Shown here: positions 55,535-64,000 of the stretch, piece after piece
Layout of the letters: every line of letters starts with the position of its first letter
Position numbering within the stretch: position 1 is the stretch's first letter
Assembly (NCBI RefSeq): GCF_018350175.1
Contig: NC_058369.1
Span: forward strand, 25,236,001 to 25,300,000
Reading direction: 5' to 3'
Origin: Felis catus
Lineage: Eukaryota
Length of the DNA stretch: 64,000 nt
Position numbers and translations under genes: made by a program
Notes under the pieces: generated by a model
Told to the model about the DNA's origin: nothing
What the model saw: the letters and a program-made list of their open reading frames with translations, nothing else
Databases searched by the model: none

Positions 55535-57410
55535 ACCTCAAAGCAACTGATTGACATAAAGTTACCCATCACAAACACAATCATTCCACTATCAAGAAAC
55601 AAGAGTTAAGGTCCAGTGTAAATGAGGATGCTAGCCCCTCAGGAAGTTTTAGAAATTGTTACTTCTTTGGGAAAACTATTTATTACTCTAATAGTTTACC
55701 TGCCAAGGGCCCTAAGAGATTTTTTTTTTAAGCAGTTGAGGAAGTGTGCCCACAACTCATTTCTAAAACACTGAGCTGTGTTCAAGATGGTATCAGCCCC
55801 TTAATTGTCCCACTAATAATGGGGAGGTTGTGAAATCTGACCACTTAAACCAGGCCGGCTCCTCAGAGAGGTGTGTTAGCAGAGCTCCTGTGGGTTAGCT
55901 GGCTGCGGTCTACCTTGCAAGTCCTGGGAAAATACACATTCCTGCAGGGGCAAGAGTTCGTGGAACAAATGCTCCATGGAGATCAAGGGGGTCATTTGCT
56001 CAGTTCCTCGGCAGCACCCAGATCCTGCCCCTCCTTCAGAGCTCATTTTTCCACCCTGGTGTCCCCTTCTCAGGTTCCATGTGACCTAGACCCACAGGAA
56101 ACTGTCTCCTGTTTGCCTCACACACAATCGACCCTTCTTGTATGTCTGCATGGCCCCAACTAGACTGTAAGCAACCTCATAACTGAGACCAACATCTATG
56201 GGCTAAACACCACTATCTGGTAGGGGGCTCAGACATGAATCAAATGCCCAAGTCACTGTTCACCAGTATTCACTGGCCAGTCCTCTGACAGAGCAACTTC
56301 TGGAAGAACTGATGCAGGGAGGTGGGGGCAGGGAAGGCTTCCTGCAGGAAGTGCTGCTCGAGCAGAGAAGGGACGCTGAGGGGTAAAGAAAAGGAACACA
56401 GACAGGAACAGCATGTGCAAAAGCGTGCTAAGGAGAGGACCCTGGGGCTCAGTGCTCTCATCTCTCCAATCCACTTCCTAAAATATATCACTTAATACAG
56501 GATTTAACAGGAAGGCTGCAGAGTCTAATTGGGCTCAGCCAAGACTTACAGGGCTCCAGGCTTTGAGGCCACTAAGATGAAGTATCTAGTTAAGGAAAAC
56601 CATCCTAAGACACAGATGTGAACAAATATTGAGATGGTAGTCTGGTGGGAACCAAAGTGCAAGGACCTGCATGAGAAAGCAAACCAAGGGGAGTGGCATT
56701 TAGGGAGGTCTTCCCTGCGGTGGCATCACCTGAGCTGAGTCTTTGGCCAGGGGGAAGGCATCCTAGGAGCAGAGAAAGTATGCTTCAGCAGCTTTACGCT
56801 GGCACAAAAGTTAGGGAGCAGGCTGGAAAGGTGGGCTTGCAAGACAGGTAGGCAAGGGGGGTTGGGGAGAGCTGGTGGCTCCATCAGATGTACCAAAAGG
56901 CAAGTCCAGGAGGGAAGCAGCCATGTATCAGGTTGGAAAGAATGTAGAATCTGAGAGATGGTCCAGAGACTTCCATGCTCATTCAAGAAGGAATGAAAAT
57001 GACCCAAGGAGAGGATTAGTGGGACCAAAGTAAAAGCTGTTGAGAAGGTCACTCCCAACTAGGAATTGTGGTGGGAGAAAAGAGGCCAGCCTGAGTGTAA
57101 GCCTGCTGGACCAGGGGCCACTATTAACTTGTGGAGAATGCACAGTTAGGAGACAAACACATTCCCACAGGCAGAGAGAACAAAACCGCCAGCCTGGCTC
57201 TTTTAGGTCACTATTATACCCAAAGCATTAAGACTTCACAAGTTTTGTGCACTGACACATAAAGCCACCTAGACAATGCAGAAACACAGCAATTAGGACT
57301 GATCCACCTGTGCTGTCATATGAAAACTCAGAATAAAATGCATGTGATGCTCCTACAGTTCTTCAAAAGCCAAAATACCTGTTTAGACCCAAAAAGTTTA
57401 GCAGGATCTT

Positions 57411-57610
57411 GGGCACCTGGGGGCTCAGTCGGATAAGCATCCGACTCTTGATTTTGGCTCAGGTCATGATCTCACAGTTGAGTTCGAGCCCAGCATCAGG
57501 CTCTGCACTGTGTCCTTGTGGAGCCTGCTGGGAAATCTCTCTCCCTCTCTCTCTGCCCTTACCCCATTCACACACTCTCTCAAAATAAATAAATAAACTT
57601 AAAAAAAAAA
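57411..57610 (+). mobile_element. Can-SINE
   Basis: Flanking aagttta(g/t)caggatc repeats. Confidence 0.87.
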
Positions 57611-58599
57611 TTTAAGTTTATCAGGATCAGTAAGTCAATATGAGACAGCCTTAAGGAAAACTTTTTTATCTACATACTGGGAAAAACTCGGTATCTTAAA
57701 ATATAATAATAGTGATATTTTACTAAAGTGGGACAGAGTACGAAAAGGTGATGTTTTACCCAAAAAGGAAGGCTATATTCACTATGATGTGGTGGAAGAG
57801 TGTATTATAGCTGTCTATAGCGAAGCTATTGGGTTTGAAGACATCCCATCTGCTGCCTCATACTTGGTTTTCTGCACTGCGTTTCTCTGAATGTGGGGCA
57901 AAAGAACTGAAAGCAATAGCCTAAGATCCTAAAAGGGTGCTAGGCCTGGACTGCTCTGAAGCCATTCAGAACATCCCAGAAGAGGTGGCACAACGTTGTT
58001 CTAAGTAAATGACCCATCTCTCAGAGAAACAGTGCTGAGATAACTAGGAAATCTCCATCTATTCCCATTTTCCAAGTGAAGAAACTGGAGCCCCGAAGCA
58101 CAGACAAGGTCATGTTCGTGGCTGCCTATGTCCTCTCCACATGTCTGAATGCCTTGAGTGCCCTGACGCCAGGCCGCCCTGGCTTCAGTGGGAGGTGAGA
58201 GGCAGACAGATGCACTCTCCCTGTTCTGGTGCCGCCCAAACCCAGAAACCCTGGTGGGGACATGGGAACTCAGCATCCCCGCGCACACAGCCTACCACCC
58301 CACGCCCGCCACCGGGACAGCATCAAAGTGGTCGGTTACTGGGGGAAGTCTCCAAGCACAAGGCGAAATCTGTGCACCTCTCTAGTCTCCTCTGGGGCTC
58401 CTGACCGAGGTGATAAACTCATGCCTCCCTCTGGTCTAGAAAAATATCCGCAGGTCAAGCTGGGGACGGGGAGAGGGGGTGTAGGTCATCCGTGAGACCA
58501 TTCTCTAGACGAAGGACGACGAGCAAAATTTCCCAGCAAGTCAGGAGTCGGGGCTGGGGTGAAAGTGGGGTAAGACTGCACAGCCTAGAAGGAACAATG

Positions 58600-59480
<881 letters not shown>

Positions 59481-61590
59481 CTCCACCCAGAAGCCCGAAG
59501 CTGCAGTTTTTTTCCCTTCACCTGACAGGTCTGTTTTTTAATCCAAAGGATTTGTCCAAGTGACGCCTGCGCCCAGCAAAAACTCGGAAAAATACCAAGA
59601 ATGTAATAATAATGGTTCTAGTAATAATTTAACCAGCGCCTATTTGCCAGGCCTCTTTTTTGTTTTTAATGTTTATTTATTTTTGAGAGACAGAGAGACA
59701 GAGAATCCAAAATAGGCTCCACACAGTCAGCACAGATGCCAGGCTTCTTCTTTAATCCTTCCAACCACACTGGTAAGTGTCACTATTGTTCTCTCACTTT
59801 GGGGGGGCACAGTAAAGTTAGGGCAATGTGATGGTTAGAAAAATCCTGGCTGGGACCTCCAACAAATGACTCGCTCTCTCCATGCTACTGTTCCTGCAAA
59901 CTGAAATAACAAAAGTATGCTAATTTGGGGAGGATTGTACTGGTTAGCACATAGCAAGGGCTCAATAAATGCTACAATCTATCATTGACTGGCAGAAGGA
60001 CACCCAGCTGGTACCCACCTGAGATTCAAATCCAAATCTGACAAAAGCAATACTCTTAGTCACTACGTTTGTCAAACTTACATTGTGAAACAGGTGGTGT
60101 CTCTGTTTGGAAGAGGAAGCTGAGGCTCAGAGAAGTGGAGAAGCCAAGGTCATATGACTTTTCACCACAAGCCCCTTCCCACTTTCACTTGTGTCTGTGC
60201 ACCTGAATCCCACCACTTCACTCTCCTCCACTGCCCCACCCCTCATCTAGGCCCCCACCTCCTCCTCCACAATTGCTTCCTAAGGGCTAAATTGCCTGCT
60301 TCCACTTTTGTCTCAGTATATAATGCATCTCTCTACCTGAAATCAGATCACTGACATCTGATTTAAAATCCTCCAGGGTGGCATTTATTCAATGGCCATT
60401 TACCATTAAATCCATACTGACCTCCTCTTCCCCTACGTTATCTCTTCCCACTCTGCCTTCACCACCTGGCTCCAGCAGTGTGGATCTGCTAACTCAACTG
60501 CATCTTGGGCTTCTTGTCCCAGCAAACTCTCACCTCTGTCTTTCCAACAAGGCATCCTCCTCTACTTGACTTTCTCCTTCTAGGGCCCATAATCCCCTTC
60601 TTCTCCTCGTCTGTCTGGCCTAAATGTGGTGACAGCTCAGTTGCTGCTAACACTGGGTTCCTGCAGTTTCCCTCATGGCTCCACACACCCTGCCCATACC
60701 TTGTATTTAAACTCCCTGTGGAGACAGAGGCGGCCCCAGCTTTGCATGCTACCCCCGTGGAGAAGGAAGACTCTTCTCAGTACAGCTAGCAGAAGTCCTG
60801 GGCACTGGCTCTGACAAGACCACTTTGGAACCAGGGAGCAGAGCTAGCTTCATCTGAACCCCAGAGGCTGGAAGTGAAAAACAACGGTTGTGCAAAGAAA
60901 AACTGGCATTGTTGCCAGAGAAAGCGAGGATGGGTACCGTGTTCACCAAACAACAGCGTCCACCACAAGCCCCAGGTGCTGAGACTTCTGTCCATGTGCA
61001 CTACTGGACAGAAATGTTTTCTTTTTTATCTCGCTGCCAGGATATTCAGGAATTCAGCCAGACCCAGTGAGGGCAAGAACCACAACTTCTTTGGTCAACC
61101 AGAAGAACCAGGATCCACAGAAGGTTGCCTACAAAGTAGCCTTCTCTGAATAGACCTCACACAGCATGTTGCTTCTCTGGGGGGAACTGTTGGTTCAGTG
61201 CTCTGCTCCCTTCCAGACCTCTGCCCACCTCCCTGACACTCTTGGTACTTCTCTCTGGGTCGTTCCCAACTCCTATAGCAGGGGATCTTAGAGGTCTGGG
61301 CATGAATATCAGGAGCGCCAGGGGCTGAGACAAGGCCAGGACCACATGGGTGTCAATGAAACACCATGGAAACCATGAGGCTGCCTGCTCCTTAAGCTCC
61401 TTAATGTGTATGACATTCCAGCCTAGATAAGCTTCATAATTTATTAACCAATCACCTGCTGAGGGACTTGTCTTATAATCAGTGATTCAAAAATATCCTC
61501 ACACATTTAACTCGATACATCCATTCACCTATTTTCTTAAGATACATTCCTAGAATCAGAATTGCTGGATTATACACATTTAAAATTGCC

Positions 61591-61813
61591 TCGCCTGGGT
61601 GGCGCAGTCGGTTAAGCGTCCGACTTCAGCCAGGTCACGATCTCGCGGTCCGTGAGTTCGAGCCCCGCGTCGGGCTCTGGGCTGATGGCTCAGAGCCTGG
61701 AGCCTGTTTCTGATTCTGTGTCTCCCTCTCTCTCTGCCCCTCCCCCGTTCATGCTCTGTCTCTCTCTGCCCCAAAAATAAATTAAAAAAAAACGTTGAAA
61801 AAAAATTTTTTTT
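61591..61813 (+). mobile_element. Young SINEC_Fc
   Basis: Near-consensus copy lacking the first gggg, with flanking aattgcc repeats. Confidence 0.93.
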
Positions 61814-62085
61814 AATTGCCAAACTGCTCAATATCTACTGCAAGCTTAACTGCTTTTCTGATTCATAGTGAGGCCATGTTCCCAAGTATTTAGTGGCCCT
61901 TTGCATTTCTTCTTTGTTCCAGGGTTGGACTCTAGGAAAGGCAGCAGTACTTGGAGCTTATGACCAAGGGAGAGACTTTAGGAGGGCGCTGGGGAGAGGA
62001 AAGTGTTTCTTCTTGGGCTTTACTCACATCACCATATGATTGAGTAAACAGGGAAGGCAGAGCAACACTCTTGCTCCCTTTCCAG

Positions 62086-62089
<4 letters not shown>

Positions 62090-62122
<33 letters not shown>

Positions 62123-62124
62123 AC
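62090..62124. repeat. (AC)n microsatellite
   Basis: Read directly; one interruption. Confidence 0.93.
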
Positions 62125-62502
62125 CACCTCCCAGCTCACTGCCCAGCCTGGCAACTGACAGCCTCTGAAAACATGCTGCAGAGTGCAGAGTGCTCCAACT
62201 TTTCTAAAGGAGTACAGAGGACACAAGAAAGAAAAGGCCTAAATGTCCATTCCAAACCTTGTTAGAATGACATCCCTCAGGACCAAGGATTGAGAGGCCC
62301 TCCTATTTACCTTCTAGGGAGGCCATACGCCAGTTGGGGGTAGGGGGTGGGTGGTAGGGGAGGGGAGAACCACATACATCAAAGGGTCAAATTTGGTCAG
62401 GAAATAAAGGTAGTAAATTGTCATTTGGCAACATCCTCCCCATTCTGGTCTTCTCCATTGATTCCTTGCCTCTCATTCCCCCCCCCCCTTTTTTTAAAGA
62501 AC

Positions 62503-62727
62503 ATTTTATTTTTTATTTTTTTAATTTTTTAAAGTTTATTTATTTAAAGAGAGAGAGAACAGGAGAGGGGCACAGAGACAGGAGAGAGAGAGAATCTCAA
62601 GCAGGCTCCCACTGGAGCTGTCAGTGCTGAGCCCAATGCAGGGCTCCAACCCGTGAACTGTGAGATCATGACCTGAGCAGAAATCAAGAGTTGGACGCTC
62701 AACCGACTGAGCCACCCAGACGCCCCC
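62503..62727 (-). mobile_element. Can-SINE
   Basis: Consensus motifs on the minus strand. Confidence 0.87.
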
Positions 62728-63539
62728 TTCATCCCCTCTTTTTACCCAGGACCCTTCAGAATATTTGTGAGACTGTAAGAAGTGAATCTCTGTACTGAGA
62801 GCTGAGATAAAATGAGGGGGCTGGGCCTCTACATGGCCTCCATGGACCATACCGTCCTCCAGACTACAGTGGAGCCCAGCTGTGTACGTAGGTGACCAGA
62901 GGATGAAGCCCTCCTCAAATACAACATATGGGCTCATGTACCACAGCCAAGATTGCCTGTGGCCCAGTCACAATTTCAGCCATCCCTCACCACCCCTGAC
63001 TGATCCACCTCTCCTGCCTCCACTGCCTGGCTCTCTGCCTGGTCCACATTAGTGGGCAAGAAACTGATGCTGCCTCCATTCCAGTTTGGAATGAAGCTGG
63101 AGATTAAACAGATTAAATCATCTTTAAGCTGTTGGTGAAATGTAAATATATTTCCCCAATTTACCTAAAACCTAACCAGATAAGAAAAACCCTTAATATA
63201 AAGACTGGATTTTGTTAGGAGTCAAATTATCCCCTGAAACATAAGAAAGGGTAAAGTGATGATAGAAATAATTTGAATCCTGGAATCATTTTTAGCAGAG
63301 AAAAACTAAAGACAGTTTTAATAAGCAGTGGTTAGAATCACTGAGCCAAGCTTCAATTTTATTTTCGGTATTATGCTCAAGTAGTATGTTTTATATACTA
63401 ATCAAGACATTAAAGGTAAAGGGTGTTCCCAGCCAGGCTCCCAGCAGGCTTGGGTGCAAGTTTCCCAAGGCTTTAGGGGAGCAGTATGCGGAGAACTGGC
63501 AGGGTCCTGAGAGCCCCAGCCTCTGTCCTAGCCTTCTAA

Positions 63540-64000
63540 GGCTGCCGGGATGCTAGCCCGGCCACGGGCAGTCCTGGATCCCAGGAGGTAGATGTCCACT
63601 TCACAGATGGGGAAGCAGAGATTCAGTGAGGAGGTCCTAAACTCGTCTGACTCCCTCGTCGCCTTCCTCCTCCCTCCTTCCCTCACACTGCTTCTGGTGC
63701 CCCGCAGTCTTCCCAAACTGATCTTGGCTCCGCCAAGAGTGCCCAGAGGCCCGGAACGAGGACTGGAGGTAGTCCTGGGGCAGACGACCGAACCCCGCGC
63801 CCGGAAATCCGTGGACCCGCAACCCCAAAGTGCCGGAGGCGGTGCGTGCTGCAGCCACTAAACAGAATTCACGGTTCCACCGCCACTTCCCATTTTTTCC
63901 CCCCAGGAGGAAAAGAGGACCGAGGCGCCCAGTGTCCACGGTAACCCCTAGGGGGCGCGCGTGGTCCAGATCGGAGACGCCAGAACAATCCTGGACCGCG
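63540..64000. promoter_or_regulatory. Second CpG-rich segment, truncated by the window edge; candidate upstream promoter
   Basis: Abrupt rise in CpG density (ccgcgcccgg, ggcgcgcgtg, ggaccgcg) relative to the CpG-depleted flank. Confidence 0.65.

Noticed and set aside
59500..64000. Possible exons of the neighbouring gene (HESX1 is expected upstream by recalled synteny)
   Set aside because: No homeodomain-like coding sequence is seen; it probably lies outside the window.

Overview
This is mammalian, almost certainly felid, genomic DNA: it carries many young SINEC_Fc-type Can-SINEs. The window holds the 5' part of IL17RD (Sef, interleukin-17 receptor D) on the minus strand. Coding exons 1-10 run from 59219 down to 431, total 979 nt, and all have GT donors and AG acceptors with a continuous frame. 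They encode the signal peptide, ectodomain and transmembrane helix; the SEFIR-encoding exons lie beyond position 1. Intron 1 is about 41.6 kb. A CpG-island promoter sits at about 58.6-59.5 kb, and a second CpG-rich segment begins at the right edge (about 63.5-64 kb). The rest is intronic or upstream DNA with more than 30 Can-SINEs (several nested), L1 and MIR fragments, MER3, MER5 and MER20, an MLT1 LTR, an ERV1-type solo LTR and microsatellites. I see no prokaryotic-type system, CRISPR array or convincing second protein-coding gene. The best leads are a degenerate counterpart of a human 14-codon alternative IL17RD exon, a possible upstream alternative promoter feeding a Met145-initiated isoform, inverted SINE pairs around frame-preserving exon blocks, and a candidate ETS enhancer. 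Repeat family names and human comparisons are from recall, not from searches.
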